From: an uncultured archaeon
Lineage (GTDB): Archaea > Asgardarchaeota > Jordiarchaeia > Jordiarchaeales > Jordiarchaeaceae
Assembly (NCBI GenBank): GCA_964510585.1
Contig: CAZECW010000191.1
Coordinates: 1 to 26,662 of the forward strand
Reading direction: 5' to 3'
Length of the DNA stretch: 26,662 bases
Part shown: positions 1 through 8,701 of the stretch, in pieces
Numbering within the stretch: position 1 is the stretch's first letter
How the letters are laid out: each line of letters starts with the position of its first letter
Translations under genes and position numbers: made by a program
The notes under the pieces: model-generated
What the model was told of the DNA's origin: nothing
What the model saw: only the letters and a program-made list of their open reading frames with translations
The model's database searches: none

Positions 1-972
1 CCTGTAGATCTCTTCTCAACCATAGCAGAAATATTTACAGAGGGAGCGAAAACTTTCATAAACACCGCATCTGATAAACCAGAATATGCAGAACTGCAAT
101 CAAAGGGGGGCGAGAAGGCGAGATTCTACTTGCTGCCATACGTTCACCCCATGAAGGCAGTTAAGGTTTTTGAGAAAAGTGAAGCAAAGGCCTCAATGGA
201 TTCTGAGTCGGTTAGAAAGATTTGGGAGGAGGTAATAACTGAACAAATTAATAGGTTTATTACCAGAGGAGCGAAACTAGGTAAAGCCGACGCCTCCATT
301 CTCTGTGGTCATCTTGCCACAAATAATGCTGTGATGGGTGAACTAGATTTACTGGTTTCTGCTTTTGAGGAGGCTCTCCCAATTTCTGCTCTGCAAAAAG
401 ATTCCTTCGACTACATAGCCTTGGGACACGCTCATAGACACCAGGTTGTGAGTAATTATCCTCCCGCAGTTTACAGCGGAGGTATACATCACGTCAGCTT
501 TAATGAGGAAGGAGAAGAAAAGGGATTCATAGATTTAACTATAGAGAATGGTGAAACCGCCTGGAAATTTGTAAAATTGGATGTTCGAGAATACACCACA
601 ATTCAGGTGGACACCGTTGGCTCCAAGGATCCCACAGCTAAAATAATTGAGGAAATTGAAAAAGTTAGAGCCCAAAATGAAAGAAAAATTACGGGGGCAG
701 TAATCCGGCTAATTGTAAAGGTAGAAGCCGAGTATCTAAAATATGTTAACTATAACAAGATATATGGAGCTTTAAAGGATGCAAGCTTCTGCTTAAAACC
801 AGACTTCAAAATTGTAGGGGATGGAATAAAGGATCCAGTCATTCCTCAAGAATTGGGTCCTATGCAGGCTCTAAAAGAGTATTTGGAGTCTAAAAACTTG
901 GATAAAGAGGAGGTTAAGGCCATTTTAGCTCTCGGAGAGGAAATAATAAGGGAAGTGGAGGAAAGAATGTGA
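1..972 (+). CDS. sbcD: SbcD/Mre11 metallophosphoesterase nuclease, 5' partial (frame is open from base 1; the track start at 130 is an internal TTG)
   Basis: Frame 1 reads PVDLFSTIAEIF... with no stop into the 130..972 ORF. Phosphoesterase motifs LCGHLA and FDYIALGHAHRHQ, then YSGG...SFNE. Stop overlaps the sbcC start (GTGA). Confidence 0.93.
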   Translation, partial: PVDLFSTIAEIFTEGAKTFINTASDKPEYAELQSKGGEKARFYLLPYVHPMKAVKVFEKSEAKASMDSESVRKIWEEVITEQINRFITRGAKLGKADASILCGHLATNNAVMGELDLLVSAFEEALPISALQKDSFDYIALGHAHRHQVVSNYPPAVYSGGIHHVSFNEEGEEKGFIDLTIENGETAWKFVKLDVREYTTIQVDTVGSKDPTAKIIEEIEKVRAQNERKITGAVIRLIVKVEAEYLKYVNYNKIYGALKDASFCLKPDFKIVGDGIKDPVIPQELGPMQALKEYLESKNLDKEEVKAILALGEEIIREVEERM

Positions 973-3512
973 ACATACAGACTGTTAGCCTGAGGAATTT
1001 TAGAAGCTACGGGGATACAGAACAAGTCTTTGACGTCTCCAGTTACCCAATGGTGGTCATCACTGGAGATAATGGAAGTGGAAAGTCATCAATCATAGAA
1101 GCGATACTGTTCTGCCTATACGGAGAAACAAGCATAACCAGGGGAAAGGGGGAGATGAAGAAAAGCGAGCTTCTCAACGACAAAACAAACAAGGACGCTG
1201 TTGTCTCACTCACCTTTGAGCTAAATGGCAATATTTACCGGGTGGAAAGAACACTGGATAGAAAAAAGGGCACAAGTGGCTACGCCCGAATCTTTGAGGT
1301 TGGTCCCAGTTCAGGAACAAGGGCTAAACAAGCTGTGGCTCCAAAGGAGGTTACAAAGAGCATAGAGAGTCTAATCGGGATGGATTATGATTCCTTCACC
1401 CATTCTGTGGTAATGACACAGGGAGAGTTCGAAGCCTTAACGGAAGCCAAACCCGCTAAAAGAAAAGAATTGTTCATGAAAATGTTCGGACTCACAAAAT
1501 ATGAAGATTACTTAAAAGAAGTAAAAAATAGAAAAACTAATTTGAACGCAGAGATGGAAAATATTTCAGGCCAAATAAAAATATTAGAAGCTGATGTCGA
1601 AAAGGAATCAGAAACAAGGAAAAGCTTGGAAGAAGCAGAAAAAGAATTTGAAAAGGTAGAATCCGAGGTCACTAAAACAGAGCTGAACAAAAGGAGGATT
1701 GAAGAAGATCTCAACAAGGCGAGTGGGGACAAGAAAGATTACGATAATCTTCTAGAAAGACTGGCAAGTCTTAAGGAAGAAATAGGCAGCAGGCAAAGTG
1801 AACTTGAAAGTAAACAAGAAGAATACAAGGAGATTCTGAGAGCCGAGGAAGAGTTAAAAGAGATTCAACCAAAAATTGAAAGGTATAATGAGCTAGAGCC
1901 AAAGTTAAAGGAACTCCAAGAAAAATATATACAGAACCTTGAACTAACGGGAAACATTGGTAAATTAGAAAAAACCATCGAAGAACGAAGAAAAAGTTAC
2001 CTGAACGAGATTGAAAGGTTAACCAGTGAAAAAGAGGAATCTATTAAGTTAATACAGGAGAACTCTAATCGTGTTAAGTCTCTGGAAGTGGAAATTGCTG
2101 AACTTGGAGACCCCGAATCGGAAATAGTAACTCTAGAGAAAAATAAGAAGCGTATCGAAAGTGAGAAAGATGCCGCTCTTAAGCGTTCGAGTGAGTTTGA
2201 AACAAAAATATCATCTATTAATGAAACACTGGAGACGCTGGAAAAAACCACCGAGCCGAAGTGTCCAGTTTGTGGCGGTGATTTGACAGAAGAGAAAAAA
2301 GAAGAGAGAGTTAAACACTTAGAGAACGAGAAATCTTCCCTCGAAGCAGAAAAAAAGAAAGTCGATGAAGAACTGAGGCGACTGAAGAAAGAATTAAAAT
2401 CCATCGAAGAAGAGATAAAACAAAAAGAAAAAGCGTCGAAAAACTTGACACAAAAGAGGACTGAACTTCAAAACCTTAAAAACAAAATCAGTGAACTGCA
2501 AACAAAAGTTGAAAAGCAGGAAAATGAGCTGAAAACAAAGCAGGAAACCTTTTCCGAAGAGCGATTCGTTGAAGAGGAAAAGAAGAAAATTAAACAGCTG
2601 GAGGAACAAATTAAATCTTTAAAATACGACCGAGAATTGCACTCTAGGTTAGAGGGGGAATTTGGAGAGCTTAAGGAGGCTCCCCAGAAAGCTGCAGCTC
2701 TTACTGAGAAGGTTTCGAGAAAAGAGAAAGTTGTAAAAGAAATAGAAAAATTGGAAAAAATAATAGAAGAGAAAAAGGGAGCGTACGAGGCTGACGAAAA
2801 AAGAAAAAGTAATCTTGAAGATGCTGTAAGAAGATGGGAAGAACTGGATAAGGAATTCCGAAAAATTGAAGCAAAACTCTCAGAATTGCAAACCCGTAAG
2901 GGCGAAGCGAAGCAAAATGTAGAAAATCTGAATCGTTCGCTCCAAGAAATAAAAGGTAAGAGAGAACAACTTGAAAAAATTCGAAAGGAGTACAATGAAA
3001 AACAAGTTGTCAGCAATAGACTCAGCATACTTGAAGAGGCTTTCAGCAAGGACGGAATACCCTTCAGGATGCTCAAAAAAATTGTGCCCCTAGTCGCAGC
3101 CAAATCCACAGAATTACTCCACAAACTCACAGAGGCCCAACTGGGAATAGAAATAAACATGGATGAAGATAAGATATACGTTAAGGTTCTTGAGGCAGGA
3201 AAATCAAACCATGTGGGAAGGTACAGCGGCGGGGAAAAAATGAGAATAAACTTCGCCCTGAGACTAGCAATCAGCGAGATTTTAACAAAAATGGGGGGCA
3301 AAAACGCTAAAATAGAATCCCTAATGATTGATGAAGGATTCGGAGCACTAGACGACGACGGAAGACAGGCAATAATCAACATCTTCAATTTACTAGGGGG
3401 CAGCTTCAAGAAAATAATCGCAATAACCCACATAAAAGAAGTTCAAGAAATGTTTCCAGTCCAAGTCCGAGTTGAGAAGGTGGGAGATTTTAGCAGAATA
3501 ATTGCGCCATAA
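969..3512 (+). CDS. sbcC: SbcC/Rad50 SMC-like ATPase with zinc hook
   Basis: Walker A GDNGSGKSS, Q-loop VMTQGEF, long E/K coiled coil, central zinc hook CPVCG, signature YSGGEKMR, Walker B/D-loop LMIDEGFGALD, H-loop ITH. Confidence 0.97.
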   Translation: MNIQTVSLRNFRSYGDTEQVFDVSSYPMVVITGDNGSGKSSIIEAILFCLYGETSITRGKGEMKKSELLNDKTNKDAVVSLTFELNGNIYRVERTLDRKKGTSGYARIFEVGPSSGTRAKQAVAPKEVTKSIESLIGMDYDSFTHSVVMTQGEFEALTEAKPAKRKELFMKMFGLTKYEDYLKEVKNRKTNLNAEMENISGQIKILEADVEKESETRKSLEEAEKEFEKVESEVTKTELNKRRIEEDLNKASGDKKDYDNLLERLASLKEEIGSRQSELESKQEEYKEILRAEEELKEIQPKIERYNELEPKLKELQEKYIQNLELTGNIGKLEKTIEERRKSYLNEIERLTSEKEESIKLIQENSNRVKSLEVEIAELGDPESEIVTLEKNKKRIESEKDAALKRSSEFETKISSINETLETLEKTTEPKCPVCGGDLTEEKKEERVKHLENEKSSLEAEKKKVDEELRRLKKELKSIEEEIKQKEKASKNLTQKRTELQNLKNKISELQTKVEKQENELKTKQETFSEERFVEEEKKKIKQLEEQIKSLKYDRELHSRLEGEFGELKEAPQKAAALTEKVSRKEKVVKEIEKLEKIIEEKKGAYEADEKRKSNLEDAVRRWEELDKEFRKIEAKLSELQTRKGEAKQNVENLNRSLQEIKGKREQLEKIRKEYNEKQVVSNRLSILEEAFSKDGIPFRMLKKIVPLVAAKSTELLHKLTEAQLGIEINMDEDKIYVKVLEAGKSNHVGRYSGGEKMRINFALRLAISEILTKMGGKNAKIESLMIDEGFGALDDDGRQAIINIFNLLGGSFKKIIAITHIKEVQEMFPVQVRVEKVGDFSRIIAP

Positions 3513-3537
3513 CCATAAAAAATGAGGTGGTGATAAA

Positions 3538-4083
3538 ATGTCAGGTGAGGAGAATGATGAGAAATTAGTAAAATTTGTTGTATTAGAGAAAAAAGAGAGT
3601 GAAGGAAAAGAGGTGGAGCAAGTTTTCGATTTACCAAAGCTCTTTCAACAATTAAAAGACAAAAACCCAGAAACCCGTGAAAAAGCTATACATACCCTTG
3701 CTGACTGCGCCTGGATACGTGGAATGTTTGTTAAAAGTTTATATAACATTTTGGACTGCCTGAAAGATGAAAACGAAAAGGTCCGGGGAGGCGCAGCTGA
3801 TGCCATTACTAAATACATCGAAGCAGGACTCACAGACCCACACATTTTATTTAAACTAGTGGAACAGTTAGAAGACAAAAGCGAGTATGTAAAAAAGAGA
3901 GTTGCAGATGCCATTATAAAGCACTGGGATAGTACACTTTGGCACATAAACAAGATCTATCTTGAAGTTTCTTTAAAAGATAGACTGCCAATAATAATTG
4001 AAAAAGCGAAAGCGTATCTACCTGAAAGAATCACAGATTATCTATTGCCAAAGAAAAATGGATCTAGTAGATGTTGTGTGTAA
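3538..4083 (+). CDS. HEAT-repeat protein (3 recognisable repeats)
   Basis: Repeats LKDKNPETREKAIHTL, LKDENEKVRGGAADAI, LEDKSEYVKKRVADAI. RBS GAGGTG at 3524-3529. Starts 25 nt after the sbcC stop. Confidence 0.85.
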   Translation: MSGEENDEKLVKFVVLEKKESEGKEVEQVFDLPKLFQQLKDKNPETREKAIHTLADCAWIRGMFVKSLYNILDCLKDENEKVRGGAADAITKYIEAGLTDPHILFKLVEQLEDKSEYVKKRVADAIIKHWDSTLWHINKIYLEVSLKDRLPIIIEKAKAYLPERITDYLLPKKNGSSRCCV

Positions 4084-4324
4084 AGAAAAAATGCGAAAAG
4101 CGAGAAAAAAAGTCTTCGATCACAGAAAATCCATTTGAAACTTTTTATTTCCAATAAATTTAACCTATTTTATGGTAGATTTTGAATTGTTGCGAATTTT
4201 TTAATAAGTTTAGTTATTTTACTAAAATTTTTTTAATTTATGTATCAAATTTTTGGAAATTTTTTGCTTTTTTGGTAAAATTTTAAGAAAAGACTTTCAT
4301 TAATAATTATTTAGGGTGCGGGTA

Positions 4325-4657
4325 ATGAGTGTTGATGTTGGTGGCAGTCTAAATATAGATGAACTTCTTAACCTTGTTGAAACGAATTTGGAAAGCAAGA
4401 AGGCAAATGCTATTTTATAATGGATGTTAATTTTAAAATCTGGGGTAAAAAGGGGGACTTCCCCGAGGAAGTGTTAATAGCTCTAGGAATATTCGGATTA
4501 AACGACAAATACGTGTTCAAAAACGTAAAAGGTACGCATTACCCTAAAAAACTAAGTGTTAAAACAAACTAATTTTCAAACATCTAAATTTGACAGCTTA
4601 AAAGAATCGGGGATGGTAGACTTCTTCGATTTCACCTCCAAAATGAGTGTTTGGTAA
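4325..4657 (+). pseudogene. Possible split small gene, Roadblock/profilin/longin-like architecture (fragments 4325-4420, 4420-4572, possibly 4556-4657)
   Basis: 31-aa ORF (MSVDVGGSLNIDELLNLVETNLESKKANAIL*) overlaps a 50-aa ORF (MDVNFKIWGKKGDF...) at TAATG. One extra T in the T4 run at 4413-4416 would fuse them as ...NAIFIMDVNFKIW. GGGTG RBS-like sequence upstream. Confidence 0.35.
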
Positions 4658-4750
4658 AGCTTCTTTCTCGATTTAGAACCCAAAAATAAGAACAGAACAA
4701 AGCATTTTTACACCGCCTAAAGGAACCCCTGAGGCTATTTCCTAAAATTA

Positions 4751-4767
4751 CTCAAAGCTTATATAAA
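4751..4767 (+). promoter_or_regulatory. Archaeal BRE+TATA promoter candidate for DUF6506 gene
   Basis: CTCAAAG followed by CTTATATAAA, about 60 nt upstream of the gene. Confidence 0.55.
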
Positions 4768-4828
4768 TGAGTGGGTAAAGACTTGTTAGTTTCGACATAA
4801 TTATTAGCTTTATAGGAGGATGGTTGGT

Positions 4829-5152
4829 TTGGCGTTTAAAGCAGCTTTTTTGGCCCATGCTCCGGATGCTGATCCGCAGAAGCATAGGTGTGTGATTGAG
4901 ACGGGTAAGTATAAACTTTTCGTGGTGGTGGTCAAGAGTCAGGATGAAGCACTCAAAGAGTGCAAGAATCTTGTGGAAAAAGAGGGTATCCACGCAATAA
5001 TGCTCTGCCCAGGATTCACACACAAAGCCATAGCAGAAATCGTGGAAACAGTTGGGGAAAAAGTCAGCGTTAACGTAGCCAGAGGAGACGGCCCAAGCAC
5101 CAGAATCGCAATCGAAGTAATGCAAAGAGAAGGCTGGTTCCCTGGAAGGTAA
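4829..5152 (+). CDS. DUF6506 family protein (TTG start at 4829 preferred; alternative ATG at 4820)
   Basis: MAFKAAFLAHAPDADP..H...IET, LCPGF and VARGDGP motifs match my recollection of DUF6506. RBS AGGAGG at 4814-4819 abuts ATG 4820 but is well spaced for TTG 4829. Confidence 0.8.
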   Translation: MAFKAAFLAHAPDADPQKHRCVIETGKYKLFVVVVKSQDEALKECKNLVEKEGIHAIMLCPGFTHKAIAEIVETVGEKVSVNVARGDGPSTRIAIEVMQREGWFPGR

Positions 5153-6037
5153 AAAAAAGGTAAAAGCAGTATTTATAGATTAGACTTCCACAAAAGGAGG
5201 GTGCAACCTTCTTTGAACATTGAAAAAAATTTGCCAATTTTACACATATTCTGAAAGCATTCACAGTGATAAATTCTTCCCAGTTTATTTCGTTTCTTTT
5301 AAATTTTCCTTTTTTGCCCTTTGTCTCATTTTTCGTTCTTTTTGGTGTGCCAAAAATAGTCTATTTTTGCAGAATAATTTAATGTAAGGGGAATGTTTAT
5401 GCTGGTTTTTCAAAGGCATTAAAAGTGTAGTTCTAATAACGGTTTTTTAATTTCCGTTAGAGCAAAACAGTTTAAGACTTTCAGGTATGCTGAAAAAGGT
5501 TTCAGTTCTCTTAGCAAATTTTAGTTTAGAATTTAATCTTTTTTGACTTTAAGGTAGGCAAATTTTGTGTCAAATAGAAATTCGTAATTCCAGATTTATA
5601 TCGAAATGGACTATTTGGGAACTCTTTAATTTGAACTAGTTTTGCAAGCTTCATTTTAAGGGTTGCTATTGATTTACATGAATTTTTTGTCCCCTACTAA
5701 TCCGCTCCATAGAACTATTATTTTGGGCGCACGGATTCGGAGGAACTATTAAGGGATGTTTACTTGAAGAGCCCAAACTATTGGTGAAAAATGGAAGCGA
5801 TACCGGGGCTCACCCTAATGCCTTTTCGTCATTTTCGACTTATCGGAACTCTCAGCAGTTCATCGCCCAGTATCTAACATCTTAAATTGCGACTACCTAT
5901 TTTAATGTGTCTAATTTCTAGTGGATGAGAGCACAGATAAAAAGCTAGGAAAACTAACTCTCAGCCAAGTACGACGATGTTCCCTTCATTGGCATCATCT
6001 TAAAGAGCGATAAGAATGCAGAAAGATCATACTTACT

Positions 6038-6080
6038 ATGAAAACATATTTTCATCCTTTGCTATGAAAAGTATTTTCAT
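6038..6080. promoter_or_regulatory. Two tandem palindromes ATGAAAA-N3/4-TTTTCAT (putative operator pair)
   Basis: ATGAAAA-CATA-TTTTCAT at 6038-6055 and ATGAAAA-GTA-TTTTCAT at 6064-6080. Both are preceded by CT. Confidence 0.45.
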
Positions 6081-6082
6081 AA

Positions 6083-6140
6083 TTTACCTGTAATGCGCAA
6101 GCATATGTGGGTTTATCTGTAACGCATAAGCGTGTGTAGG
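6083..6140. repeat. Imperfect 29-bp tandem repeat (2 copies)
   Basis: TTTACCTGTAATGCGCAAGCATATGTGGG vs TTTATCTGTAACGCATAAGCGTGTGTAGG: 22/29 identical, all 7 differences are transitions. Confidence 0.6.
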
Positions 6141-6331
6141 TTTATTCTAGAAATTTCCGAGCAAAGATTGAGAAGCGATGAATTCGAAATTACAGGGAAG
6201 ACTCCAATTCTACCATCCAGTTAGATTTATTATCCGTAAAATTGTGAGATTTCAAAAATTGGTGATTTGGACTGTAGCAAATTGTTAACTACCTTGAATT
6301 GCAAAGTGACTATTAGGGTATATTCTTTATG

Positions 6332-6438
6332 GGTGATGATTGTGAGTGTTTGGGTGGATGAAACTAGGCGAATCCTTGAGATAGTTTAAGGGGCAGAATC
6401 CCAGAGACTGGTTGGAGTGCGTTGGCTCCCTTGCTGGC
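6332..6438 (+). pseudogene. 5' fragment of a DUF2153 paralog, frameshifted and truncated
   Basis: Aligns to 7950-8055 with the first 30 nt identical, then 14 substitutions and 1 inserted T that gives a stop at 6387-6389. Upstream TGCAAAGTGACTATTA (6300-6315) matches TGCAAATGTGATTATTA (7915-7931). Confidence 0.88.
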
Positions 6439-6465
6439 TCTGTGCTTGTTTTGAAATTTTGTTGG

Positions 6466-7518
6466 TTATTTTTTTAGGGGGTTTAGGTGTTCGAGGCATA
6501 TCATTTCTTTTATGTATTCTAGGGAGTTTTCGTACAGGTTTTGGAGCATGTTATTGAATTTTTCCAAGTGTAGCCGTAGCTTGGGTTCTAGGGCTTTTTC
6601 CGCTGCCTTTTTTCTAACTTCTTCTATTATTTCTAGAAATTGTTGGATTTCCTGATAAACTAGGAGGTCAAAGTCTAAGCTTCTTTTATGGGAGGGTACA
6701 CTTTCTTGAAAGCGGGGGATTTCCCTGTCTGCGGGAAGCTTTTTATACATATCCAGAAGGTCGTCTGGTATCTTGAGTGAGTTGATTGTTTCTACCAGTT
6801 TAGCCATTTTAAACATGGTGGCCGTATTGCAGTTTAGGAGCCTTATGACGTTGCCCCAATGTATGGCATGAATATTACTTTCTAATTCAATTTTTAGGGC
6901 AATAGCCTTATTGCTTATTCCCTGATTTACTAGTCTTTGTGATAGAAGATTAAGCCGGTTAACCATCCTTTTTTTGGTTTCAATATTTTCAACAACGTTT
7001 GGATTCCTTGAAGTAAGGGATTCTAGTAAAATTACGATCATCTCATATGCGAGTCTAAACAACTGGTCGACAACCTTTTTCAAGTTGAACTCAGAAGGCT
7101 CCGATATATTTTGGATTATGATTGAATTCTTGGAGTCCGAGACAACCTCAAAACCTATGAGGTCTTGCAGGGTGTCCATAACCAACCTTTTTATTGAAGG
7201 ATCCATTTCCCCCTTCTCGGTTAACATTTCAATATTGTCGAAGCCGTCAATATAGGCCCCCTGAACTATTGCGGGTAACATCCCACTGGGAAAATTATCC
7301 ACAACAATTTTAGGAACCGGTTTTTCCCTCGCCTTTTTGCCCTTATGAACTTTAGATATTACTAAATCATCGCCTACATACTTTACAGAGATGACATCCC
7401 CCTTCTTAATCCCATTGCTCTCTACCCAATTTTTGGGCAGACAAAAGATATATGAAGCCTTACCTGAAGTTTGCACTTTGCGAAACTCCAAATTTTCATC
7501 TATTCGCCTAATATCCAT
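6466..7518 (-). CDS. Archaeal AbrB/MazE-type DNA-binding domain + PhoU-like regulator
   Basis: N-terminal RKVQTSGKASYIFCLPKNWVESNGIKKGD swapped-hairpin motif, middle AYIDGFDNIEM...LIGFEVV segment, helical C-terminal PhoU-like region. GGTGGG RBS upstream. Confidence 0.85.
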   Translation of the reverse strand: MDIRRIDENLEFRKVQTSGKASYIFCLPKNWVESNGIKKGDVISVKYVGDDLVISKVHKGKKAREKPVPKIVVDNFPSGMLPAIVQGAYIDGFDNIEMLTEKGEMDPSIKRLVMDTLQDLIGFEVVSDSKNSIIIQNISEPSEFNLKKVVDQLFRLAYEMIVILLESLTSRNPNVVENIETKKRMVNRLNLLSQRLVNQGISNKAIALKIELESNIHAIHWGNVIRLLNCNTATMFKMAKLVETINSLKIPDDLLDMYKKLPADREIPRFQESVPSHKRSLDFDLLVYQEIQQFLEIIEEVRKKAAEKALEPKLRLHLEKFNNMLQNLYENSLEYIKEMICLEHLNPLKK

Positions 7519-7947
7519 CCCACCAATTCAAACAGCATGATTAGTTTTCTGTAATAAAAAATTATGTTTTCACATAAATGTTATTATCAGAATTTTTAAG
7601 CATATCTTTAAACACGTAGCAATACATACACATACGTACCTAAATATGCATGCTAGGTAATGAATTTTAAATGCTCTAAGGGAAAACAAGGTAGATACTC
7701 TCAATTACGCAAAAATGTCTGAATGGCCGAAATTTTGTTCTGGTGTTTGATGGACAATTTTTTAAGCTCGTTTGTATAAGCGATGCATTTTGGTGTATCC
7801 ATAGGAGAGTTTAGTCTGATTCTCTTTTTTTCAGAAACTGTGAATGCAGTTTTCCCTCTATGGTGCCTGTTTTAAAGTGTCGAAATTTGGGGTATATAAA
7901 AAATATTAATTATGTGCAAATGTGATTATTAACTCATAGGACCCTTA

Positions 7948-8238
7948 GTGGTGATGATTGTGAGTGTTTGGGTGGATGAGACGAAACGAATCCTTGAGAT
8001 AATTAAGGAGCAGAAGCCCAGAGACCGGTTGGAGTATGTCGGCTCCCTCGCCGACTTGAACCTTGCCCTTGCCAGATCCGTGAATGGTTGGGATGAGTGG
8101 CTTAGAAACCCCCAAATTATGACCATACTTACAGAGGAAGAGCTGCGCCAGGTCTATGAAAGATTCAAACCAATAGTCATCAGCTTCCTTGAACTGGACA
8201 TATGGATTACAGAGAAAAAGATTTCTGAACAAAAATAA
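7948..8238 (+). CDS. DUF2153 family archaeal protein (true start may be ATG 7954 or GTG 7960)
   Basis: WV...KRIL...DRLE...ALARSVNGWDEWLRNP.IM...EEL...FLELD pattern typical of DUF2153. Confidence 0.8.
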   Translation: MVMIVSVWVDETKRILEIIKEQKPRDRLEYVGSLADLNLALARSVNGWDEWLRNPQIMTILTEEELRQVYERFKPIVISFLELDIWITEKKISEQK

Positions 8239-8701
8239 TACACGGAACCACGCACGCTCAATAAACCAGAGTAAAACAGTCTATGCATGTTTTCATAGGT
8301 ATTTCCACGTCTTGAGTGCAAAATGCTCTTCAAATCCTTCTCTTTCTCTTTTTCGGGAGTAACTCACACAAAACTGGATTTTTCGGTTCTAGATCCCTCC
8401 AACAATCTATACCATTCTCCAAGGGTCGTTTAGAAATAATTTGACACCATATTTAGGCTCCAATAAGGCCAGTCACTTCTCAACTTCTCTAATCCTAGCT
8501 TAATAGTCACCCAAAGATGGCAGTCATTTTGGAGAAATTTTCTAAAAGGAATTTTCAAAAATAGTCTTCTAAAAAGGATTAAAATGGTTTATTTCTTTAC
8601 GAGGGGCTGAACATTTAAAACAATTGGTTCGTTGAGCTCATTATTTTGGGGCATTAATTTGGGTTGTTTTGAGCCAAAAAAGGGATAGGAAAGGTTTTCG
8701 T

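Noticed and set aside
1500-3050. Apparent low-complexity GAA/AAA repetitiveness
   Set aside because: Explained by coiled-coil codon usage in SbcC; no discrete DNA repeat unit.
1043-3433. Antisense ORFs inside sbcC (1043..1231, 1508..1732, 1997..2404, 2394..2609, 2468..3433)
   Set aside because: Ser/Phe/Leu-rich shadows of the purine-rich E/K coiled-coil strand; no motifs or RBS.
5191-5215. Imperfect hairpin CAAAAGGAGG-GTGCAA-CCTTCTTTG after DUF6506
   Set aside because: Needs G-U pairs and a bulge, has no U-tract, and archaeal terminators usually do not need hairpins.
4748-5264. Minus-strand ORFs 4748..5125 and 5070..5264
   Set aside because: They overlap the well-supported DUF6506 gene and have no recognisable features.
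5682-5885. Stop-free plus-strand frame (LLIRSIELLFWAHGFGG...) in the 1.3 kb intergenic region
   Set aside because: No upstream start or RBS and no recognisable motif. It could be a decayed gene but I cannot support that without a search.
5153-6330. Searched for CRISPR array, tRNA or IS ends in the largest intergenic region
   Set aside because: No repeat-spacer periodicity, cloverleaf or transposase remnant visible.
7637-7659. TACCTA-N11-TAGGTA palindrome between the regulator and DUF2153
   Set aside because: 6-bp arms with a single occurrence are expected by chance.
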